Assembly (NCBI GenBank): GCA_017499595.2 | Contig: CM039006.1 | Span: 1,860,001 to 1,924,000, forward strand | Direction: 5' to 3' | Source: Psilocybe cubensis | Lineage: Eukaryota | Length of the DNA: 64,000 nucleotides | In this document: piece by piece, positions 49,308-58,179 of the stretch | How positions within the stretch are numbered: the stretch's first letter is position 1 | Layout: each line of letters begins with the position of its first letter | Position numbers and translations under genes: made by a program | Notes under the pieces: generated by a model | Told to the model about the DNA's origin: nothing | The model's input: only the letters and a program-made list of their open reading frames with translations | The model's database searches: none

Positions 49308-50657
49308 ATGTCTACCGTCCTACGTATCGAACTCAACCCATCTGCGGCGCACTTGCGCGATGAGTTGTCTCTTGCTTTTGGCCTGGCCCTTGGTGACAAA
49401 AAACGGCCAGCTCCAATCTTTTCACAGGCCCATAAGGTCCCTCGCATCGCGCGCGAGTTAGCCGATGCTGTTCATCAACTGGTGAGTACCTGGTTTGTAC
49501 TACGATCCCGTTTCCTAGTGACCCTCCTTCTCAGGAACCTACTTGGGTCGCTGAGCATGTCATGGTTGACCAGGACGCCACCGACCTTTGTTTCGAACTT
49601 CGTACCGCGTACTTCAATCTTCAAAAGGCCTTGCGTATCACCCAGCCCAGTCTTCCCGAAATGCCGCAATCGCGCGAGTTTGAGGTCGTCTTTGGCTTGT
49701 GCAAGACCATCCAACAGTTGCGTTGCGGGGCCACGTCTGAAAGTCAAGCCGGCGAGCCTAATGTACCGTCGCCCCCCGTCACTACCCCGGCGCCTGTTGC
49801 GACCCCCGTTCCCACGACTTCTACTGGGAATGCTATTCCGCCGTCGGAGTCGTCTGACAGTGCTAGCAATACCCGCAACAAGGTGAGGCATTTCAAACTC
49901 TTCTTCTTAATCTTGCTTTCGCACTTCCACTGCCCTGTCAGCGACGTCGGCGCGTAGTGAAGTCCAAGGCTTTCATTGAGTCCTCAGATGTATGCCATCC
50001 TGTTACCTCTTCCTCTCGTTGTTGCCTTTGTTTCCTTACACTAATCTTTATCTGTCCTGCCGCTGTAGGAGGATGAGGTAACACGCCGAGACCTCATTTT
50101 ATTTATTACCCAACTTATCGATGGGATGCAGGCCATGTCCGTGGATGGCGATCCACCCAGTCAGATCGTCGTGCCGCCGACTGTCATTACTTCCAGCACA
50201 TCCGGGGCCGCGCAGCTTGGGGCGCCCGCAGCTTCTTCCTCGAAAGGCCAAGGTGGTAGCAAGGTACTTGTCCTCCTCCGCAATCTGACATCTTACTGAC
50301 TAGTCTCAGCGCTCTGAAGCCGTAATGTTGGATTACGAAGCTGCTGGAGTCGCTGCCCATGAACCTTCGCTACACAAGGCGCGGAAATATGCGAACAAAC
50401 GAGCTCGGTCTGAGGAAACCGACCCCAGTATGTCACGTTCCATTACTAGTCCCGTTCCTGGTGTTAACTATCTAGAAGTGACTCAATTTGGTTCTTCTAC
50501 CGAAGGCCTTTCCATCGATCGTGCCTTGTATAACTTGTACAAGGAGAAGGCGGATCAGGAGTTCCACCTCTCGCATCTCCGCAAACAGAACGAGCTCACT
50601 CTCAAGGAGATAGCTCATTATACGAGGATGAAGAAGGGCAAGGCCTACCTTCGCTAA
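49308..50657 (+). CDS. Gypsy-B antisense accessory gene, 6 exons, ~352 aa, unknown function
   Basis: Exons 49308-49481, 49535-49882, 49942-49989, 50069-50077, 50132-50263 and 50310-50657; all introns GT-AG and phase 0; no internal stop. Confidence 0.75.
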
Positions 50658-50756
50658 GTACCTCGCTCCTTATTTCTTTTTGGGTTTTTAGTCCAGTATT
50701 TAGTCCTTCTAGACTATAGTACAGGGTTTTCCCAATACATCGCGTTGTTTCTTCTG

Positions 50757-53700
50757 TCAACTTTCTAGCCCCATCTGATCCCAGTCTGGTGCTGCAGCAT
50801 AGTCTTCGTGTGATACTTCTATGCGATCTAACCCTTCCTTTGATGTGTCAAGGATCTCGTCTATGTTTTCTGGCAACGGTATGTGTTCTCGAGCATAATA
50901 CGGAACAACTCGAAACGCTCCGACTTTGTTTTGCCACACGGCACCGTCCATTTCTGCGACGATATATGAACCTCCTTGGGTCCGTCTGACTACAATCATA
51001 GGACCCAGGTAGCGTGGAGTCAGCTTGCTGCTGTGTGACGATTCTACAGCTGTGTTTCTTACTAATACTAGGTCTCCTGGACTAAAACTATAGTCCCGTA
51101 TCACCGCCTTATGATCTGCTTCGTATTTAAGCAAGCGTGCGTATTTATCCTTGTCTATCCTAGCGCGCATGCGATCTACCTGAGCCCGATGCTTTATCAG
51201 TGCCTTAGCTCGGTAAGCTATTAGCTCTTCAGTACTCATTATGCCACTTGGCGGGTTGACTAACCAGGTTGCTTCCTTGATATCTAACGGGAGGGTTGGG
51301 TGTGCGGCCGTAACTAGGAAGTATGGCGAGCACCCCAACCGTCGCCGGATTGTTACGCGGTCCGCCCAGAACACAAAGGTAAGGAACCAGTACCACTTTT
51401 TAATGTGCTCTTCGCCTAACATCTTATATAGCATTTGTCGAATGTCGAAATGGTACCGTTCGATTTTTCCATTCGCTTTGGAGTTATAGGGTGATATCTT
51501 GATTCCGTTGATACCATATTTTTCGCTAAGCCACTTTAGTGCCGCCACAAAAGGTGGTCCATTATCTGTGACAATTGTAGTAAGGCACCCCCATCTACAC
51601 AAGATATCTTCCCACAACCATTGTCCGATGGCTCTACCAGTTTCCCTTGTCAGCCCTCGCCCCTCTACCCACGTTGTCAAGTTGTCCCTGCCGTGTACAA
51701 CTGTTCCACAGCCGTTCGATGGCGGAGTCATTTTCATGCTGTCTGCATGTAATACTTGGAAGATTGACGGAGTGAACGTCATGGTAGGCTTAAGCTTTAT
51801 CATTGTATGTTGTCGTTGCTGGCATGCGTGACAGGTTTTGACATACCACGCTATGTCTTTCTCCATAGATGGCCACCAGAACCGTTGTGTCAACAACTGG
51901 GAGGTGGCATAGAAGCCACGGTGGCCATTGTGGTCGTGAGCCGCCTTCATCATGTACGTACGGTCTTCCTTTGACACTACTAAACGATGCGTGCTTTTGT
52001 AACTGCGCAGATACAGCCGTCCTTCATGTGTGAAGAACCGCCGCGCAAAACGTGTGAACCTTTCTTTTCTTTGTGGTGTCCACGCAGTATTCTCACAGGG
52101 TTTGTTCTCTAACCATTCTCGTACCAACTTGAGGTCGTCATCTTGTTCCTTCGCCAACGATGTCCGGTGTTGCTCGTAGTATGGTAAGTGCCGTTCACCT
52201 TCCGTTGGTAACGCCAGAGCATTGACTAATTGCTCAAAAGTCTCCGCTTGTGGTCCCGTCAGACAGTGTATTGACTGCTGGAGCCATTCCTCGATAACTT
52301 GCTGTTCTGCGGTTCGTAACTCATCTGCACGTTTCAATTCTTCACTAAGTTCATTAGGGGTCTTGGCCGCGTCTGCCAAGCTGCCACTTCCTGGCTCGAT
52401 TTGGTCTACAAACTCCGCTATCGAGTAGAATACGCTTGGCGCAGGACTTAGTAAAATTTCCTGCTTATACCCTCCTCGATTATCGATAGTATCCTTAAAA
52501 TTGGATACCTCTTTTACCCCGGGTTCGCTGGCATCGAAGATGTCGGTAGGAGGCAGAACCCATTCTTCCACCTCATCCCCGCTCGTCTGCGGCAACTCGT
52601 ACCACGGCTGCCCTTTTCGTCGTGATAACCCATCTGGCCCAAAGGTTTTACCTGCTTTGTGTCGCAAGGTAAACTGATACATCATTATTTCCTCGATCCA
52701 TCTGTTAATCGTTGCGTTGGGCATCATATCAGGGTTACGCAGCATGCCGTCTATGTACTGTGCATCGGTTTCCACTATCAACTTCCTGCATCCAATCAAG
52801 TATGCACGGTTCTCTTTCAATGCCCTTTTTAGGCCGTATAGTTCTCGTTTGGGTTGTGAGTATCTGGCCTCATGTTCGTGCAGGGTTATTGACCCGAATT
52901 TTACATAGTTAACAGTCCCGTCCGGATTCTCCTGGTAAATATAGTACCCAATGGCAATAAACGAGGTGTCTACAGCTAATACTACCGCTCCTGCTGAGTC
53001 GTAGTCAATATTCCTCAAGCAAGGTGCCGTCTCCGCTGCTCGTTTCAGGAGGGTCATGCTTTGTGCTTGCTGCGGCCCCCATTCAAAGGTACGTTTCTTT
53101 TGAGTAAGCTTTTGTAGGTGATACGCTTTTTCAGTGTACCCTGGTATGAAGGCTCTCAAAGTCCCGCAGGTACCCAGGAAGGCTCGTATATCCCCCACGT
53201 CTTCACAAGGTGCCCATTCGCTTATCGCCTTGACCCGTTCTACCAACGGTTTACGTCCCTTATAGGTACATCTATGGCCGACTACTGTGATTTCTTCTGC
53301 ACAGAGTACAGATTTATATCCTGAGAAGGTACCACCCGCGTGTTTCATGCGCTGTAGCACCCTATTTACATTTTCTAGATGCTCCCATACGAAGCGTCTT
53401 ATACCCTGATTTTGAGGTATGGTCTCGAAGTTTTCCCCAACTTCGTACCTAGTTGCAGGCCCTCTAACCGCCACATCGTCGATGTATGGTATGGTTATAT
53501 TTGGGATCTCGTCTTGTAAGATATAAGTCACATCATCGTGGAATATGGGTACCGAATTAGTCCACCCCATTGGCAGTGTCACTAGTCGCATGGCACCAAA
53601 GGGCGTTTGGAACGTGGTCATATCCCTAAATTTCTCGTCAATCTTGCGCTCATCGTATCCTACGTATAGGTCAAACATGCCACCACACGCCCGACCTGCA

Positions 53701-54608
53701 AAATGCATTGCAAGATCCTCTGTACCTGGTGGTAGCCCGGAGTGCGCGATAGTTACTGCGTTTAATGGTTCCAGGCTGTGCACGATGCGTAGGCTTTTAC
53801 CATCTTTCTTTAGCACAGTAAACCACCGGGAGCGGTAAGATGCATTTGATTTCTCATATACTCCCGACTCTTGTTTGGACTTAATTATCTTACAGACTTC
53901 CTCGTACAGGCCCTTGGGAATGGGTATGTTTTTATATACCCAGGGTTTATGCTCTACCGTGGGTATCTTAACTGGGGGAAAGAATTCCTCTTTGAAGTGT
54001 CCGCGTTCGCTATCGTCCCAAGCAAACGCTTGGTTCTGTTGCATAATGATGTTGTGTACCAGTTTCTTTTCTTCTGGCCACAGAAAATCATCCCCGTGTA
54101 CCTTATCCATCGCCTCCATACGTTCTTGCGTATAACGTCCTGTTGGTACAAACTCTGTCGGATGTGGGTTCAACGCGGGCATGTCTGCCAGCGGGTCTCC
54201 CTTGATGTCACGTTTTATACGGAATTCCTCGGGTAGATCAGTATAAACTGGTCGCACCTTCTGCGCTACGGGTTTATACCTTTTCTTACCCAAGTAAGTT
54301 GCAACTTGCTTGGTTACCCGGTGTTTTGACGCCCTTGTCCTTGGTGGCACGTCATACTTTTTACCTTGATAAAACTGTTCTAATTTTTGCTTATCCGAGG
54401 GTTCTAGTACTTCATGTTCCAATACTTGGGATAGGAAGGCTTCTCTGACCTCTTTTCGAGAGAACTTGCCTACTTTTACTTGGTATGCATGGACCTTTAA
54501 CTCTTGTGTATTTTCATTCAACTCAAACACTGCTGCAACCTCTCCGCCCTCGTTTACTTGATTCAGCAAGCTTATCTTGAGATCTTCCTCGAGGCCTTCT
54601 AAAAACCC
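50757..54608 (-). CDS. Gypsy-B pol (RT, RNase H, integrase with HHCC and GPY/F)
   Basis: LPMGWTNS, YIDD, AVDTS, ETDA, H..GH..C..C, VTDNG, NGKIERYH, YLGP; uninterrupted ORF of 1270 aa or more. Confidence 0.95.
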   Translation of the reverse strand, partial: GFLEGLEEDLKISLLNQVNEGGEVAAVFELNENTQELKVHAYQVKVGKFSRKEVREAFLSQVLEHEVLEPSDKQKLEQFYQGKKYDVPPRTRASKHRVTKQVATYLGKKRYKPVAQKVRPVYTDLPEEFRIKRDIKGDPLADMPALNPHPTEFVPTGRYTQERMEAMDKVHGDDFLWPEEKKLVHNIIMQQNQAFAWDDSERGHFKEEFFPPVKIPTVEHKPWVYKNIPIPKGLYEEVCKIIKSKQESGVYEKSNASYRSRWFTVLKKDGKSLRIVHSLEPLNAVTIAHSGLPPGTEDLAMHFAGRACGGMFDLYVGYDERKIDEKFRDMTTFQTPFGAMRLVTLPMGWTNSVPIFHDDVTYILQDEIPNITIPYIDDVAVRGPATRYEVGENFETIPQNQGIRRFVWEHLENVNRVLQRMKHAGGTFSGYKSVLCAEEITVVGHRCTYKGRKPLVERVKAISEWAPCEDVGDIRAFLGTCGTLRAFIPGYTEKAYHLQKLTQKKRTFEWGPQQAQSMTLLKRAAETAPCLRNIDYDSAGAVVLAVDTSFIAIGYYIYQENPDGTVNYVKFGSITLHEHEARYSQPKRELYGLKRALKENRAYLIGCRKLIVETDAQYIDGMLRNPDMMPNATINRWIEEIMMYQFTLRHKAGKTFGPDGLSRRKGQPWYELPQTSGDEVEEWVLPPTDIFDASEPGVKEVSNFKDTIDNRGGYKQEILLSPAPSVFYSIAEFVDQIEPGSGSLADAAKTPNELSEELKRADELRTAEQQVIEEWLQQSIHCLTGPQAETFEQLVNALALPTEGERHLPYYEQHRTSLAKEQDDDLKLVREWLENKPCENTAWTPQRKERFTRFARRFFTHEGRLYLRSYKSTHRLVVSKEDRTYMMKAAHDHNGHRGFYATSQLLTQRFWWPSMEKDIAWYVKTCHACQQRQHTMIKLKPTMTFTPSIFQVLHADSMKMTPPSNGCGTVVHGRDNLTTWVEGRGLTRETGRAIGQWLWEDILCRWGCLTTIVTDNGPPFVAALKWLSEKYGINGIKISPYNSKANGKIERYHFDIRQMLYKMLGEEHIKKWYWFLTFVFWADRVTIRRRLGCSPYFLVTAAHPTLPLDIKEATWLVNPPSGIMSTEELIAYRAKALIKHRAQVDRMRARIDKDKYARLLKYEADHKAVIRDYSFSPGDLVLVRNTAVESSHSSKLTPRYLGPMIVVRRTQGGSYIVAEMDGAVWQNKVGAFRVVPYYAREHIPLPENIDEILDTSKEGLDRIEVSHEDYAAAPDWDQMGLES

Positions 54609-55591
54609 TCGGCCTTTTTACGGCGCTCTTCTGCACACGTTTTTGGCCCTTTCCCTCTCTCAAAGGTAGGAACCACCGCTTTCCTTCCGGTGTTAGGGTC
54701 CTCTATACAGATGGTAGCCGACCCATCGTGCTCTGTCTGCACGTTAGATCGTGTTAACGAATCAAAAGTTCTTCCTAACAAAATCGTGTAGGCTGGGTTC
54801 CTGATCACATGAACTTGCAGATACACGGTGACCCCTCCAAACGTGAACGGTACATTTCTTGCGAGCCCCAAGGTGCGATTAATTGTCTTATTTGCACTTT
54901 CCATGTTGATAGTGACATCTGGGTCCCAACTTAGGCCGGTCTTGAGTGCTACTTCCTCAGACATGGATACTATTTGGGATCCGCTATCCATTATCGCTTC
55001 AATCTCTTCTACTCCATTGATTTTGGGCCAGAGAGACCGCAGTTGCTCGGTCTCTTTCCCTGTGTAAGTGGAGGTTGGTAAATCCTTTTCGCCTTGTTGC
55101 AATAATTGCAGGTAGGGGTCATTACCAACTTTATATTGATTTTGTGAGTCCAATTCATCGGTCAACATAAACGCCGCTAATGGTTCTATTTGAGACGTTG
55201 ATACTTTTATGGGAGTAACGTCTTTTCGCAAGTGCTCTCTCACTTGTGGTGCACTGCCCAGTAAGTCCCTTACAGTCACTGTGACTGGTGCATTCATAGC
55301 TTTTTCATGTAGTTGCCGACTGATTATCATGTTTTCAACTGGTGCCTTAGTACTGTATGCCGGCTTTGTCTTGTAGTCTGGCCCACGCATGTCTGTTATG
55401 GGCCGTACAGCTTCATTTAGCGGTTGTACGTCTAGGTATGGCAACTCATTCTTATTTTTCCTTGGGTCTTCTTCTTCTGTTTCTGCTTGTACAGGTGTAT
55501 TACCGTTCTCCGGGTTGTTTCGTTGTTGGAAACGCGGCGAGGTACGTCGTGTCCCTTCATAACCCTTCCTCGAACTTAGGGAAAATTTCCC
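54599..55591 (-). CDS. Gypsy-B aspartic protease ORF (-1 frame relative to gag)
   Basis: AIMDSGSQIV, ILLGRTF; the frame is open back to the slippery site at 55582-55591. Confidence 0.9.
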   Translation of the reverse strand, partial: GKFSLSSRKGYEGTRRTSPRFQQRNNPENGNTPVQAETEEEDPRKNKNELPYLDVQPLNEAVRPITDMRGPDYKTKPAYSTKAPVENMIISRQLHEKAMNAPVTVTVRDLLGSAPQVREHLRKDVTPIKVSTSQIEPLAAFMLTDELDSQNQYKVGNDPYLQLLQQGEKDLPTSTYTGKETEQLRSLWPKINGVEEIEAIMDSGSQIVSMSEEVALKTGLSWDPDVTINMESANKTINRTLGLARNVPFTFGGVTVYLQVHVIRNPAYTILLGRTFDSLTRSNVQTEHDGSATICIEDPNTGRKAVVPTFERGKGPKTCAEERRKKAEGF

Positions 55592-57291
55592 AGGGTTGGC
55601 TCTTCCTCTTCATCGAGGCCCGACTGTCTTCCCATCACAGCCTCAAACGCGTCGTCCCCAAAGTCTTCTCGGAGACTCATAAGGGATTTAGACAACTCGT
55701 ATTGTCTATGAAGTCGGTAGTGAGCAGCATCCAGAGGTGAATCGTTGTGACTCTGCCAGAAGCTCGAAGTCTTACCGACTGGTATAACCCCTGGTGTCCT
55801 ATGCAAGCTTTCGACTACCTCTTTTCGCGACTTATTTCCCATCGGATGCACCTGCGATCCATCTGGTAATCTTACATACCCTTCGGCATTCTTGATGACC
55901 CATTTGTTTTCTAGATGTCGTCTCACATGTGGGCACTCTACTATAATGTGAGTTTCCTCCCTACAATAATGGCACCCCGTGGTCTGACTTATGCGAGCTT
56001 TGGGTGTGAAGGCTGTTTGAGCCGTCTGCGGAAACGCTGCAGTCGGTACAGTGTTTAGCTGTAGACTGTTTTTGAAGGTGAGCATCATATTTTGGAACTC
56101 TAACATCTGTTTATGCTGGCTTTCCTGTAGCATTTTTAGCTCTAGCGCTCGTTTATGTTCTTGGTTACTGATTACATCCGACAACTGAGATATTTGTTCC
56201 TCTAATTTGACATAGATCTTGTCCTTGGATTCTGGAACTAGGTCTGACGTCCCGTACGCACGCGCTGTACTGTACGTACCCTTCATCAAGGTGTTTGAGT
56301 TCCATTTTGCGGCCCTCTCAGCGATGCTGATGGCGGCTTCGACTACATCTACAAACTTGTGTCGATCCTCCCAACGCACTAACTCGATCTCGTCTGTATC
56401 GTCTGCGTTATCTTCTTCTGCAGGCGGCTGACTCAGATTTTTGACGACATTTGTCGTGTCTAACTTGAAGTCCAGCTTCTGACCTACTCGTCCCGCAAAT
56501 TCAGACGTGAGACATCCGATGAAGCGTTCCACTAGATCTCTGTTCGACACCAGAGCCGGCGGCTGTAGTAGCTTACCGGCTTCTGCTCTAAAGGTTCGGA
56601 CTAACGCCATTAATCCTGGGCTGTCGTGGCTTTCGATCTGATTATTTCCGCTGTGTTTTCTGCAAATTTTGTCTAACGCCTCGATGGAACCCCGGTGTAG
56701 GTTGACCGCCTCTGGGTATGACATTATAAGGTCTTTTCTGAACCGTTTCCAGGTCCCATTTTGGAACGAACTGAAAGCGCGCCATTCGGACTCTGTTGTT
56801 GGAGAAATATATCGACATACTACGCGTTTCTTCTCATTGTCCGTCTTGACCCCATATTTTTCAAACAGATCGTCTAACTGGTCAAGGAAACGCAGTAGTT
56901 CTTCTGGTTTTTGTTCATCAAACTTAGGCGCACCCTTGTCTCCCAGAAGTGGTAAGTCTTTTGCCATTTTTCCTGTGTTTATTGTTTCCGGATTAATACA
57001 CTCGTTTTCCTCAGCCGAGAGATAGATTGATTCGTCCGCGGCGAGTTGACCTGTGTTAATTCCTGCTGACTGCTCGTTATCGACGCTGTCTTGTGTCTTT
57101 TCGAGGTCAGTTTCGATTTTTCGTATAACGTCTACTATAGACTGCAGTGGCTGTCTTTTATTTAATATCGACTTATGGGCCCCGCGTTTTGCAGGTTTTT
57201 GTTGTTGTTTTAGTTTACGGGTCTCAGCCGCAGCGTAGGATTCCGCGGTTTGTTCACTGATTCCTGCTCGCGCGCTTCGACGCGTTGCCAC
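55576..57291 (-). CDS. Gypsy-B gag
   Basis: GDKGAPKFD..; CHYCREETHIIVEC knuckle; first ATG at 56967, GTG at 57291. Confidence 0.88.
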   Translation of the reverse strand: MATRRSARAGISEQTAESYAAAETRKLKQQQKPAKRGAHKSILNKRQPLQSIVDVIRKIETDLEKTQDSVDNEQSAGINTGQLAADESIYLSAEENECINPETINTGKMAKDLPLLGDKGAPKFDEQKPEELLRFLDQLDDLFEKYGVKTDNEKKRVVCRYISPTTESEWRAFSSFQNGTWKRFRKDLIMSYPEAVNLHRGSIEALDKICRKHSGNNQIESHDSPGLMALVRTFRAEAGKLLQPPALVSNRDLVERFIGCLTSEFAGRVGQKLDFKLDTTNVVKNLSQPPAEEDNADDTDEIELVRWEDRHKFVDVVEAAISIAERAAKWNSNTLMKGTYSTARAYGTSDLVPESKDKIYVKLEEQISQLSDVISNQEHKRALELKMLQESQHKQMLEFQNMMLTFKNSLQLNTVPTAAFPQTAQTAFTPKARISQTTGCHYCREETHIIVECPHVRRHLENKWVIKNAEGYVRLPDGSQVHPMGNKSRKEVVESLHRTPGVIPVGKTSSFWQSHNDSPLDAAHYRLHRQYELSKSLMSLREDFGDDAFEAVMGRQSGLDEEEEPTLGNFP

Positions 57292-57367
57292 TGTCGCGTT
57301 TTTACAAACACTTAGTACGCTTTTTGTGTTTTTGTATTTTTGACCCTACTGACTAACCCTCCCTCGC

Positions 57368-57378
57368 GGTGGGCTCCA
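57368..57378 (-). promoter_or_regulatory. Gypsy-B primer-binding site TGGAGCCCACC
   Basis: Starts with TGG 2 nt inside the LTR's terminal CA, upstream of gag. The cognate tRNA was not identified. Confidence 0.8.
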
Positions 57379-57380
57379 GA

Positions 57381-58179
57381 TGAAGTGTTGCGTAGGTTTG
57401 TAAGACTGTAGTTCTGTCTTATTTACCCACACAAGTCTTATTCTTCACCAAATATGTAGTATTTGGGAAGAGCTAGTTCGTAGGATTTTAGGGTGTATCT
57501 TTATAGATTGTTGTCCAAGTTATGTTATGATTGTTGCAATAGATCTCAATATACTAAGTCAACTGGTCAAGGTGTTTACAATAGCCCAAGTGACTCAAAC
57601 TATCAAGACCCAATGGATCGCGCAAAACAATTCAATTTAACTTATAACTTGATGACTCAATTTTTATTACGCAAGTTCGACTAGTGCGACAATGGGTATG
57701 ACCCGAAACTTCCGCCTGTTCTATACAACGGGGGTTGCTTACCTTTCCCTCTCCCTGCTCCCTTGCTTTTATATTCCCTACCACTGGTCCGTGCGTTACG
57801 TCTGCGTGGCTTGGTACTTCTCTCGCTGATCCGTTTTTCCTAATAGCGTAGCGCGGAACAGTCGTTTCTTTTTGCTGGTTCCGCTGGGTGACCGTGTCTG
57901 AGTGCCTCTTAGCACGGTTATGCTTCCAAAGGCGTGCTCGCGCGTCTCTTTCTCATGTTCCCGGTCGGTTCGGACTGGGTGACCGTCGTTGCTTATTCCA
58001 AGCTCCGTCGGGTCATCCTCTGCTTCACCGCCTTGTTTGAGTCAACTTTTTACGGCGTTTTATTGACGCGTCTTCGGGCATACCGGGTCACCTGATCTGT
58101 CTTACAGGGCTCGGTCCGTCGTCTATTTTTAGGTCACTCGTGTTGGTTTTACAGGTCTACGCCACAGCGCTACTTATCA
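57381..58179 (-). repeat. Gypsy-B 5' LTR (799 bp)
   Basis: TG...CA on the minus strand, followed by the PBS and gag. Confidence 0.93.

Larger units (their letters stand above)
48269..58179 (-). mobile_element. Gypsy-type retroelement with inverted LTRs (Gypsy-B, 9,911 bp)
   Basis: 812-bp terminal inverted repeats; TG...CA ends; TSD CCAA (48265-48268 and 58180-58183); gag/pro/RT-RH-IN. Confidence 0.93.

Noticed and set aside
48278-58170. Element ends at TGTGGCG...CGCCACA with a GCGC TSD
   Set aside because: The inverted match extends 13 bp further (TGATAAGTAGCGC), and only the CCAA duplication restores the host integrase frame.
48269-58179. DIRS-type or DNA-transposon interpretation of the inverted repeats
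   Set aside because: No tyrosine recombinase or transposase ORF is recognisable. It encodes a protease and a DDE integrase with GPY/F, and has a TSD, PBS and PPT.
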